Source: Candidatus Schekmanbacteria bacterium (GTDB taxonomy: Bacteria; Schekmanbacteria; GWA2-38-11; J061). Taken from it: a stretch of DNA of 64,000 bases. This document shows, in pieces, positions 30,100-37,765 of the stretch. The stretch is taken from positions 372,294-436,293 of the forward strand of contig JACRJM010000007.1 in assembly GCA_016219965.1 (NCBI GenBank), written 5' to 3'. Under the pieces are notes generated by a model. That model was not told where the DNA came from and did not search any database. It saw nothing but the letters and a program-made list of their open reading frames with translations. The translations under genes and the position numbers were made by a program. The number at the start of each line of letters is the position of its first letter. Positions within the stretch are counted from its first letter, which is position 1.

Positions 30100-30262
30100 G
30101 CACCAAAAATAAAAAAACCGGAAACCTAAAAGGTCCCGGCTATTATCAATAAGGCAAATCTTTGCTCCCTTCGCTGGCATTACCCAGATCAGGTTCAAAG
30201 GGTCACCCCGCAAACCGGGATTTCTCAGCCCTCATCAGGCTCCCCTAACAACCGCATATTAG
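30100..30262 (-). ncRNA. TPP (THI-box) riboswitch with terminator-type expression platform
   Basis: Minus-strand reads UAGGGGAGCCUGAUGAGGGCUGAGAAAUCCCGG..ACCCUUUGAACCUGAUCUGGGUAAUGCCAGCGAAGGGA, matching the conserved THI-element core (CUGAGA, ACCUGAUCUGG, UAAUGCCAGCG, AGGGA); followed by CCGGGA..UUUCCGG hairpin and U7 before the thiS start. Confidence 0.85.
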
Positions 30263-30298
30263 ACTTCCTGCTTTAATAGTCAAGGATTTTATGGAGTG

Positions 30299-30338
30299 GC
30301 AATTTACTCCGTAAACCCTTTTCCCTTCATATCTTCCA
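30299..30338. repeat. Remnant copy A of the GNAT gene 3' end
   Basis: Minus strand reads ..GATATGAAGGGAAAAGGGTTTACGGAGTAA (..DMKGKGFTE*), matching the genuine GNAT C-terminus at 31500-31535; located just after the isochorismatase stop. Confidence 0.75.
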
Positions 30339-30346
30339 TCCCATAT

Positions 30347-30973
30347 TTACTTGCCGGACTTAAGCGACATATAGCTGTTGATAAGGTTGCGGTAGTCGGG
30401 GATGTGCTTAGAGAACAACATTCCCAGACCCTCAACATCATTGCGCCAGTCTCGATGCAATTCGCAGGCCACACCGAACCAGGTCATAAGTTGCGCACCT
30501 GCGGCAGACATGCGATCCCAGGCGGAATGTCGTGTAACCTCGTTGAATGTGCCCGAGGCATCTGTTACGACAAAGACTTCAAAGCCTTCCTCCAAGGCCG
30601 ACAACGCCGGAAAAGCGACACATACTTCAGTCACTATGCCGGCAACGATCAACTGCTTCTTGCCGGTAGACTTTACTGCCTTGACGAACTCCTCATTATC
30701 CCAGGCATTGATCTGGCCGGGACGGGCAATGTAGGGTGCACCAGGGAAGGTTTCCTTCAACTCTGTCATCAACGGCCCATTCGGCCCATCTTCAAAACTT
30801 GTAGTTAGGATGGTTGGTAGCTTGAAATATTTTGCGAGATCGGCCAGAGCCAAGACGTTATTCCTGAATGTATCCGGATCGATATCGCGCACTAGTGACA
30901 AGAGGCCGGACTGGTGATCTACCAACAGTACAGCGGCATTGTTTTTATCAAGACGAACATAGGATTTGCTCAT
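30347..30973 (-). CDS. Isochorismatase-family cysteine hydrolase
   Basis: MSKSYVRLDKNNAAVLLVDHQ..VAGIVTEVCVAFPALSALEEGFEVFVVTDA pattern; RBS AAAGGAG before the MSKS start; visibly higher GC than neighbouring genes. Confidence 0.8.
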   Translation of the reverse strand: MSKSYVRLDKNNAAVLLVDHQSGLLSLVRDIDPDTFRNNVLALADLAKYFKLPTILTTSFEDGPNGPLMTELKETFPGAPYIARPGQINAWDNEEFVKAVKSTGKKQLIVAGIVTEVCVAFPALSALEEGFEVFVVTDASGTFNEVTRHSAWDRMSAAGAQLMTWFGVACELHRDWRNDVEGLGMLFSKHIPDYRNLINSYMSLKSGK

Positions 30974-31110
30974 GGCATGACTCCTTTCATGGTTTGAGTT
31001 TAGTCTCAGACATGAATGGGTGAGAGATGATAACATACGTCATAAATCTTTTCCTCATTCTATACGCTTCTATTTTAAAATTAAATTATTGAAAAGAAAT
31101 TTGCAAGGAA

Positions 31111-31147
31111 TCTACTCGGTAAATCCTTTTCCCTTCATCTCATCTGG
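31111..31147. repeat. Remnant copy B of the GNAT gene 3' end
   Basis: Minus strand CCAGATGAGATGAAGGGAAAAGGATTTACCGAGTAG (PDEMKGKGFTE*) with an in-frame stop immediately upstream, so non-coding. Confidence 0.75.
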
Positions 31148-31215
31148 TTTTTAATGAACGGGAGAAACAGACTGGATTGCCCTCTATACGGGAACAATAA
31201 GAAAGACAAGTTTAT

Positions 31216-31416
31216 CTATCTTAAATCTGAAAGATTTCCTTCCCAAAGTCCTTTATGTCTTCCTGTGAGAAGCTTCTTCCTTTTTAACCGGCTCACCAAC
31301 TCACGCAGAGCCAGCTCAACCACTTCCTTTTTTGTTTTCAAGGAAGTCAATTTCTTTGCCTCGTTTATTAGTTTGTCTTCCAAAACTATATTGGTTCTTT
31401 TGGTATACATAATCAT
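31216..31416 (-). CDS. VapB-family type II antitoxin-like protein (orphan)
   Basis: MYTKRTNIVLEDKLINEAKKLT..KTKKEVVELALRELV..GLWEGNLSDLR resembles VapB antitoxins; no PIN-domain toxin gene adjacent. Confidence 0.55.
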   Translation of the reverse strand: MIMYTKRTNIVLEDKLINEAKKLTSLKTKKEVVELALRELVSRLKRKKLLTGRHKGLWEGNLSDLR

Positions 31417-31499
31417 CCTTCTTTACACATTAAAAAAGCTTATTATTTTTATGCAAGCAATAAGAAAAATAGTTTATCGATAGACAATATGCGAGTAAT

Positions 31500-31922
31500 T
31501 TACTCTGTGAATCCTTTTCCCTTCATCTCATCTGCTTTTCTGAAGAGTGCCATGCCGGTCTTCATTTTCCGCAATCCTAATTTTCTGTAAAAATCTTCTT
31601 TACCGGGAGAGGCAAAGAGGATGACATTGCACTGCGAGAGACGGGAGAGGATGTTTGTAATAATTTTAGTTCCAATCCCCTTTTTTTGGAATTCAGGGAC
31701 AACAGCTACATCATAGATAGCGGCCTGATAAGCCCCATCGGAAATTGCCCTGCCAAAACCAATCAACTGTCCGTCATGATAGACAAACACAGCGACATAG
31801 CTGTTCTCAAAGGCTTTCCTGTGTATGCCGGGCTCATGATACCCCATTCCGACACGCTTTAGCGTTTCCGATACCACTTTCCACTCCACTCCGGAACATT
31901 CAAATTTAATCTCTATTTCCAC
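31500..31922 (-). CDS. GNAT family N-acetyltransferase
   Basis: Acetyl-CoA binding motif (Q/R)xxGxG/A as QKKGIGTKI and overall GNAT pattern; the last ~12 codons are the source of the repeated tail sequence. Confidence 0.85.
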   Translation of the reverse strand: MEIEIKFECSGVEWKVVSETLKRVGMGYHEPGIHRKAFENSYVAVFVYHDGQLIGFGRAISDGAYQAAIYDVAVVPEFQKKGIGTKIITNILSRLSQCNVILFASPGKEDFYRKLGLRKMKTGMALFRKADEMKGKGFTE

Positions 31923-32000
31923 AAAGACCCCCTGAGGACTGAATGGTATCAGAGTGTAACACTGAGAGTATCATGCGATATTCAATTTGTTATTTTTTAA

Positions 32001-32249
32001 TTACTCTGCAACTTGATGGATAATCTCAGAGATATAAGTTTGATATTTTATACCTATTTTTTTTGCTTTAACTTTTATTTTTTCAATATCTTCACTATTA
32101 ACTCTTATAGTCATTGTTATATCTTTCTTTCGTGATTTAAGAGACCTCTCTATTTTTTCAAGTTCTTTACCTTTTATCTTTTTATACTCACCACGCAGTA
32201 ATGCGCTTTCAATCTCTCGTTCTTCTTTAGTTAATCTAATTTTTTTCAT
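32001..32249 (-). CDS. BrnA/CopG-like ribbon-helix-helix antitoxin-like protein (orphan)
   Basis: 82 aa; ITMTIRVNSEDIEKIKVKAKKIGIKYQTYISEIIHQ resembles the BrnA antitoxin family; no BrnT-like toxin adjacent. Confidence 0.5.
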   Translation of the reverse strand: MKKIRLTKEEREIESALLRGEYKKIKGKELEKIERSLKSRKKDITMTIRVNSEDIEKIKVKAKKIGIKYQTYISEIIHQVAE

Positions 32250-32282
32250 TGTTTATCTTTCAGGATTTTGTTTTTTTCTTCA

Positions 32283-32413
32283 TTATCCACAAACCGTTGC
32301 AATATTAGAGATAAGTTTTTTGAGTATTTTAACCTTCTGAATTTTTCACAAAGCTATTTTGTCTCTCGACTTAAACATTTATGACTTACATTTGTTAGCT
32401 ATGAAGATTTGAC
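32283..32413. repeat. ~130-bp direct repeat R1 (upstream of the 82-aa gene)
   Basis: About three-quarters identical by eye to 33361-33490 (shared blocks GAGATAAGTTTTT, TTTTTCAC, ATTTATGACTTA(C/T)ATTTGT, TATGAA). Confidence 0.7.
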
Positions 32414-32448
32414 CTTATTACCCTTTTGAACTTAATACATAGACAACA

Positions 32449-33318
32449 TCATCCTGCTCGTTTAATATCATTTTTAGTTAACTGATATATTGCTGCCTTT
32501 AAAACTTGCCAGCATATTGCAGCAGTGTGTTTATCAGGATTAAACCCACTACTAACTTGCTCATATGGGTGAATATAGTTTCTAAAATATCTTAACGAAT
32601 GACTAAATTTTCGTACATCTTCCAGTAGGAGACCTACATCATATGCTACATCAATAAAATTGTTTAATGACCAATCTGGAAATTGTTTAACTTTTCCTTC
32701 CTTATCTTTTGGTGACATCTTTGATTGATTAAATTCTTTTGGATGTTTTAAAGCTATTCCAAGTAAAATACCCTCCAGTGTACTTCCTGCAAGAAATATT
32801 ACAGAAAGTGGCGCAGTGACAGATAAACATTTTTTCATTTCTTCAAATCGATATTTCAATGTCTCGGTAATAACTCCATCAAGTCCAATTTTCTCAAGTG
32901 AAATTTCGCTAAACTCTCTTTTTAAAAACTCATCTTCTTCTGTTTCACTTGAACTATCTTCGAAGTTTATTTTATCAGCTTTTGCAAATATTATTTCTTT
33001 TTCATTCCTGACAACTTTCCAATTATCAAATGCGAGATATTGATTAAACTCTTTGATGAATTTGTCTAAATCAGCAAATCGACCAATGAAGTTTACTGGT
33101 GCAAACAATTTCTTGATACATTTGTCCAATTCAGGAGTACCGTTGATTTTGGAAAGCTTTTCATCTGTGTACATCCATCTTGAAGGGAATCCTTGTAAAT
33201 ATTGATCCTTAAATCCTAACTCATTAAAAAAACTAACTAATTGAGGGCCGGAACGATATTCCGTTTCTTCATTAATCAGGTTTCTTAATTTCTCAAGTGA
33301 TTTTTTCTGAAGAATCAT
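32449..33318 (-). CDS. Hypothetical protein with AbiJ-like N-terminal region and C-terminal HEPN-like Rx6H motif
   Basis: 289 aa; C-terminal RYFRNYIH fits the HEPN R-x(4-6)-H motif; assignment tentative. Confidence 0.4.
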   Translation of the reverse strand: MILQKKSLEKLRNLINEETEYRSGPQLVSFFNELGFKDQYLQGFPSRWMYTDEKLSKINGTPELDKCIKKLFAPVNFIGRFADLDKFIKEFNQYLAFDNWKVVRNEKEIIFAKADKINFEDSSSETEEDEFLKREFSEISLEKIGLDGVITETLKYRFEEMKKCLSVTAPLSVIFLAGSTLEGILLGIALKHPKEFNQSKMSPKDKEGKVKQFPDWSLNNFIDVAYDVGLLLEDVRKFSHSLRYFRNYIHPYEQVSSGFNPDKHTAAICWQVLKAAIYQLTKNDIKRAG

Positions 33319-33360
33319 TTTAATCCTATATTTGAAACAATAGATGGGGACAAATCTTCG

Positions 33361-33490
33361 TTATCTACAAACTGCTCACTCTGAGAGATAAGTTTTTCGA
33401 AAATTTTCACCCTCTACTTTTTTCACGCAGTCATTTCGTTTCTTGTCTCACAAATTTATGACTTATATTTGTCGTTATGAAAATTTTACA
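33361..33490. repeat. ~130-bp direct repeat R2 (upstream of the 289-aa gene)
   Basis: Paralogous to R1 at 32283-32413. Confidence 0.7.
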
Positions 33491-33660
33491 CTACTAGCCT
33501 CATCTTGTCTCCTTCGATTTTTATTGATCTAACACAGAATTGAGTAATGAGTCACTGAAAGATAACAATATGCCTACAACTAATTGGCATCCATCATAGC
33601 AATGTAAGCAAAAAAAACGACCTAACGCACTCGTTCAAGTGCAGCGTGTACTGGGGGGGG

Positions 33661-34023
33661 TCAGTCACTATATTTGGAAGTCTGCCATGAGTTAACCTCG
33701 AATAGTACGGCACAATCACCGGAATTATTCCAGACAGTTTTCTCAAGTCCCCAAAACATGAAGTGTGTTGTAGACCCATCTTGGTTCTTCTGTTCACTTG
33801 GTGTTCCCGATTTTGTATAAAGGACTACGGAGTCCCCAGCGCGTACCTCTTTTGGCTTGAACCAGTATGCGTGCCGTTGGAGGTTTGAGATTGCATTCTG
33901 AGACGTATACGTTGTGTCAAACACAATAAAGTAATTTAGGTTCGTAGTAGCAATGACTTTAAGCCACAACCGCTCTTTGTTGGCTACACCTCTGTCGACG
34001 ATATTGACTATTTCAATCTTCAT
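33661..34023 (-). CDS. Hypothetical protein (~120 aa)
   Basis: ORF starting MKIEIVNIVDRG; translationally coupled to the upstream membrane-protein gene (4-bp overlap); GC higher than surrounding housekeeping genes; no recognisable motif. Confidence 0.4.
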   Translation of the reverse strand: MKIEIVNIVDRGVANKERLWLKVIATTNLNYFIVFDTTYTSQNAISNLQRHAYWFKPKEVRAGDSVVLYTKSGTPSEQKNQDGSTTHFMFWGLEKTVWNNSGDCAVLFEVNSWQTSKYSD

Positions 34024-34484
34024 CTTTTTACAATCCTCCCGACAGATGCGCCCACTATAATGCATAAACCAACTATACCAGCGATGACGCCATATTCGGA
34101 CTTCTCTCCCCAAAAAAACGGCATCAGACCGATGATAGCGCCCCCGAGACCTACTCCTACGCCAAAAAAAATCTCTATTGCTTTTTGAGTCAGTAATTTC
34201 TCAGAGAGTACTGCTGCTTTCTTGTCGGATTCATGATAGAGGTTTATGTATGATCTTAAATACTCCCGCTCATCATCAGCTTCTTCGAGCAGGCCGAGGA
34301 TAAGCTTCTGCACGCCAGGGGAGAACAACTCTTCGTCGGTCAATTGCCTTCTAACATCTCTGAATGCTGCTCGTCGTCCAGATGGTGGCACACCAGACTC
34401 AATCGTGCCAGTTTCACGTGGTTCTGTTTCCTTTTTTTGACTGGGAGGGCCCAATGCTGAAGCCTCAGTTTTAACATCATTCAT
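34020..34484 (-). CDS. Hypothetical membrane protein (N-terminal soluble region, two C-terminal TM helices)
   Basis: 154 aa; C-terminal glycine-rich hydrophobic segments FFGVGVGLGGAIIGL and GVIAGIVGLCIIVGA. Confidence 0.45.
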   Translation of the reverse strand: MNDVKTEASALGPPSQKKETEPRETGTIESGVPPSGRRAAFRDVRRQLTDEELFSPGVQKLILGLLEEADDEREYLRSYINLYHESDKKAAVLSEKLLTQKAIEIFFGVGVGLGGAIIGLMPFFWGEKSEYGVIAGIVGLCIIVGASVGRIVKR

Positions 34485-34693
34485 TTTTCGCCTCCATCAT
34501 AATTTCAAAGACCTAACATTCCTCTTTATATTTATTCCCTGATTGTCAATTTTATACTCATCATTAAAATACTTAGTCAAGAAAAAGTGCCTATAAGATA
34601 ATTTGAACGTGTAAAAAAAGATAACAAATATTATAAAATGATTTATGATTGACAATCCATTCCATCAACTCAGAAATCTTAAAAGGTAAGATA

Positions 34694-35425
34694 ATGATAT
34701 GTCCTAAATGCAAAATAGAACAGGCTGACGGAAATACTGAATGCACAAGGTGCGGGATTATTTTCGAAAAATATGAAGAGCATCAGAATTTACTTGCTGA
34801 AGAAAAGATTCCTAAGGCTTGTGATGATGAAACAGTATCTTCTCTCATCTCATTAAAAGACTTCTTGTTCTACGTAGCTCCCGGCACCAATCCCTTTTAT
34901 CTTGGCGGGAGAATAATTGTTTTCTTATTCATTCTGGCCTGGAGCATAAACTTTTTCCGTTTTCCAATGGAGAGCAATCATTCGGGGGAAAGTTTCCTCC
35001 ATTTCATAAACATCCCCTTCCATGAAGCAGGGCATATTATATTCATGCCCTTTGGGAGATTTATGAGCGCTCTTGGCGGCACACTGGGGCAACTGCTCAT
35101 ACCGTTTGCCTGTCTTTTCACTTTCCTTATAAAAACACGTGACACCTTCGGAGGATCAGTAGCATTGTGGTGGACTGGAGAAAATTTTCTTGATATTGCC
35201 CCCTATATAAATGATGCGAGGGATTTAAATCTTTTACTCCTGGGCGGAGTGACAGGAAAGGAAGTTGAGGGGCATGACTGGGAATTCATTCTTGGCAAAC
35301 TACAGGCTCTCCGGTATGATCACACTATTGCAAATATTATCCATAATGCCGGAATCGTCGTGATGATTCTTTCGCTTTTATGGGGAGGGTACATTATTTT
35401 TAAACAGGTGATTTCAAGAGCATGA
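34694..35425 (+). CDS. Membrane protein with N-terminal zinc ribbon and HExxH motif (putative intramembrane zinc metallopeptidase)
   Basis: CPKC..CTRC zinc ribbon, then several TM segments containing FHEAGHIIF; start placed at MICPKCK after the AAGGTAAG RBS. Confidence 0.5.
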   Translation: MICPKCKIEQADGNTECTRCGIIFEKYEEHQNLLAEEKIPKACDDETVSSLISLKDFLFYVAPGTNPFYLGGRIIVFLFILAWSINFFRFPMESNHSGESFLHFINIPFHEAGHIIFMPFGRFMSALGGTLGQLLIPFACLFTFLIKTRDTFGGSVALWWTGENFLDIAPYINDARDLNLLLLGGVTGKEVEGHDWEFILGKLQALRYDHTIANIIHNAGIVVMILSLLWGGYIIFKQVISRA

Positions 35426-36099
35426 AGCTGATAAAGAATATTCCAATAAAAATTGATAAAGATGAGCTGTTAAAGATCCTGAAAATAAAAAAGGAGTCTG
35501 CGGGAAAAATCAATGACAATCTCGCAAGGCTGATAGATGAAGAAATAGCGCGGGGGATGAAACTCGCAAGGCCTCAGGCGCTTTATGAATTTAGAAAAGT
35601 AATAAATTCTGATGGTGACGGTGTTGAAATAGAAGGCGGCATAAAGATTGGCGAAAACACTTTCAAGAATTACATGACATCAATTGACCGAATCTGTTTT
35701 GCCCTTGTGACCATAGGTCCTGCCCTTGAAGAGGAGGCTGACAAGCTTCAAAAGGATGGCGAATACACCCGTGCAATGATACTCGATGCTGTAGGGTCAG
35801 TTGCAGTTGAAGATGCGGCAGGGAATTTAAACCACATGATTTGCGACAAATTAAAAGGGAAGAAAACCGGAATATCCCGCCGCTTCAGTCCTGGATATGG
35901 AAAGTTCAAGGTTAAGGAACAGAAAAAAATATCAGACATAATCCCATTCAAAAAAATTGGAGTGGCTCTCACATCATCATTCATGATGGTGCCTCAAAAG
36001 AGCATAAGCTTTTGCCTTTATACTGGAAAGCTTAAAAAAGAAATCCCCGGAACCTGTAATATATGCGGGATGAAGGATTGCCCTTACCGCAGCTGTTGA
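35422..36099 (+). CDS. Hypothetical protein with methionine-synthase-activation-domain-like RFSPGYG motif and C-terminal Cys cluster
   Basis: 225 aa; start overlaps the upstream stop (ATGA); RRFSPGYG; C-terminal CNICGMKDCPYRSC. Confidence 0.4.
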   Translation: MKLIKNIPIKIDKDELLKILKIKKESAGKINDNLARLIDEEIARGMKLARPQALYEFRKVINSDGDGVEIEGGIKIGENTFKNYMTSIDRICFALVTIGPALEEEADKLQKDGEYTRAMILDAVGSVAVEDAAGNLNHMICDKLKGKKTGISRRFSPGYGKFKVKEQKKISDIIPFKKIGVALTSSFMMVPQKSISFCLYTGKLKKEIPGTCNICGMKDCPYRSC

Positions 36100-36977
36100 C
36101 CGGTCTTATCTTTTTCCGGAATGAATGACCTTATCTGTTTGAGGCAGAAAAAATAGCTCAGGGTTTTTGTTGATACAAGAAGGAAGAGATAGAAAAGTGC
36201 GAAGGGCATATAAGACATGCCTTTAAGAAATATCTCATAAATATAAAAAACCGCCCCTGCCATGAAAAACAATTCTGTGAAAAGTCCTGCAATGCCTGCG
36301 CGGAAGAATCCAGTCTTCATATATGCGCCTCCCGGGATCAAAAGAGAATCCTGAAGAAGTTTCTTGTCATCCTTGAATTTTTTACCGCATGCCTGACAGC
36401 AAAAAACACCTTCTCTCAGAAGAGAAAGACAGTCAGGGCAGACATGATATGCAAACTTTACATTACCATTCTGTATGCTTCGCGGGGCGCTCAATATCCT
36501 GTTCTTAAGCCTTCCTGCAATATCTTCAATATCGGCTTTGCTAAGGTTCTCATAGGATAATGCAAGATTATCTCTGCATTTTACATCAAGGCTTTTCCAG
36601 ATTCCTGCTGAGCATCTGATATCTTTTATTGCAGAATATCTTACAATTCTTATCCTGTTTCCTAAGAGCAAAGGACCGCCGGTTGATATTTCAATAAGTC
36701 TCCTGTCAGTGAATACAAGAACGACTTTTTTGACAGTGTAAGCATAACAGAGAGTTATTACCGCCTCCCAGATTTTTATCTTTTCAGCGGCAGATACCAG
36801 CGCAAGGACTTCCTCATTTTTTTCGATCAGACTGGAAAGAAGCCCGGATATCTCTTCAAATGTTTTTATTTTAGACTTAGTTTGTTTATCATTTAATACT
36901 TTACTTGGCGGATCAACGAGCACCGCCCCGGGGAACTTAAAAGCTACTGTTTTAGTATTCATAATAACGTCACTCAT
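36084..36977 (-). CDS. Membrane protein with bacterial PH-like domain and CxxC zinc ribbon
   Basis: 297 aa; VVLVFTDRRLIEI bPH-like segment; CPDC..CQAC; C-terminal TM helices; RBS AGAGG before the start. Confidence 0.5.
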   Translation of the reverse strand: MSDVIMNTKTVAFKFPGAVLVDPPSKVLNDKQTKSKIKTFEEISGLLSSLIEKNEEVLALVSAAEKIKIWEAVITLCYAYTVKKVVLVFTDRRLIEISTGGPLLLGNRIRIVRYSAIKDIRCSAGIWKSLDVKCRDNLALSYENLSKADIEDIAGRLKNRILSAPRSIQNGNVKFAYHVCPDCLSLLREGVFCCQACGKKFKDDKKLLQDSLLIPGGAYMKTGFFRAGIAGLFTELFFMAGAVFYIYEIFLKGMSYMPFALFYLFLLVSTKTLSYFFCLKQIRSFIPEKDKTGQQLR

Positions 36978-37142
36978 ATAAGCCTCTATTTTTTAATTAG
37001 TCACTTTTAGAGCTATTTACAAGTGAGGGTTTCGGTTCACTGGAGGGATACTTAAGCAGTCAAATTATTTGGAGTAATTGGTAATAAAAAAGAATCGAAG
37101 GATTTAGAGATGACAAATCTGACGGCACGTTCGGGGAACGTG

Positions 37143-37246
37143 CCCTACAGAAGCGTAACATGTCCTACAGAAAATGATGCAGGGTCTGTGAGTTTATTTG
37201 TAGGGTCTGTGAGAATAGTTGTAGGGTCTGCTCCCCGAGCAGACCG
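37143..37246. promoter_or_regulatory. Array of five 21-bp-phased repeats plus a terminal palindrome (operator/iteron-like)
   Basis: CCCTACAG (37143), TCCTACAG (37163), then inverted-orientation TGCAGGGTCTGTGAG (37178), TGTAGGGTCTGTGAG (37199), TGTAGGGTCTGCTCC (37220), ending in palindrome GGTCTGCTC-CCC-GAGCAGACC; lies in the promoter region of the 36977 minus-strand gene. Confidence 0.5.
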
Positions 37247-37338
37247 GATAATTCATTAGAAAAGGAAGTGGTTTTCTATGAAAAAGTATTTATGAGCCAG
37301 TCACTGACGAAGTATAATGTTAAAATATTACGCTTGAG

Positions 37339-37638
37339 TCAGTGGTTATTGATGGGTTTAGAGGTAAGCCCGCTGATGAAATGCTTAAAACTTGCCCTCT
37401 CAATTATTTCTTCATCGGTCTGGGAGCAGTTATTCTCTTCAAGAAAAGCTTCCCAGCACTGATGCGTATAAACACATTTTGTAAAACAATACTCAGCGTA
37501 TTCTTTTTCCTCAGTCAGAAAGTCTATTGGATTATCTTCTGCCTCATTTATGGCATAATAACCATTTCCAAAGCACCAGCAACCAATACATCCGAATTTC
37601 TCAGCAAGCTGACTGGATCTGTCTTTTCTTTCACCCAT
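37339..37638 (-). CDS. Small cysteine-rich protein (99 aa), unknown function
   Basis: Strong RBS AGGAGA; seven Cys (CIGCWC..C..C..C..C). Confidence 0.5.
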   Translation of the reverse strand: MGERKDRSSQLAEKFGCIGCWCFGNGYYAINEAEDNPIDFLTEEKEYAEYCFTKCVYTHQCWEAFLEENNCSQTDEEIIERASFKHFISGLTSKPINNH

Positions 37639-37765
37639 ATTATTATCTCCTGATTAGATGTTATTTATCACTACTTCCCATGATATTCAAGAAATAATTT
37701 ATTTGAGCAATTTAGTATATTCCGCCCAGCTTTACTTTTAGTTTATTACATTGTAAAATCTGTGA

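Noticed and set aside
29890-30213. 107-aa ORF-track version of thiS with a 41-residue N-terminal extension
   Set aside because: The extension overlaps the TPP riboswitch and its terminator; ThiS is the 66-aa MQLKING..GGG product starting at 30090.
31037-31060. GTCATAAAT motif upstream of the isochorismatase gene as a third copy of the R1/R2 element
   Set aside because: Only a ~10-bp match and in the opposite orientation to R1/R2; too short to distinguish from chance in AT-rich sequence.
30296-33490. Interpreting the island repeats as integron attC sites
   Set aside because: No intI or attI in the window, and I could not find the inverse-core (RYYYAAC) and core (GTTRRRY) pair or the imperfect palindrome expected of attC; kept as unresolved cassette-like repeats.
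37268-37462. 64-aa plus-strand ORF
   Set aside because: It overlaps the better-supported minus-strand Cys-rich gene, which has a strong RBS, and has no RBS of its own.
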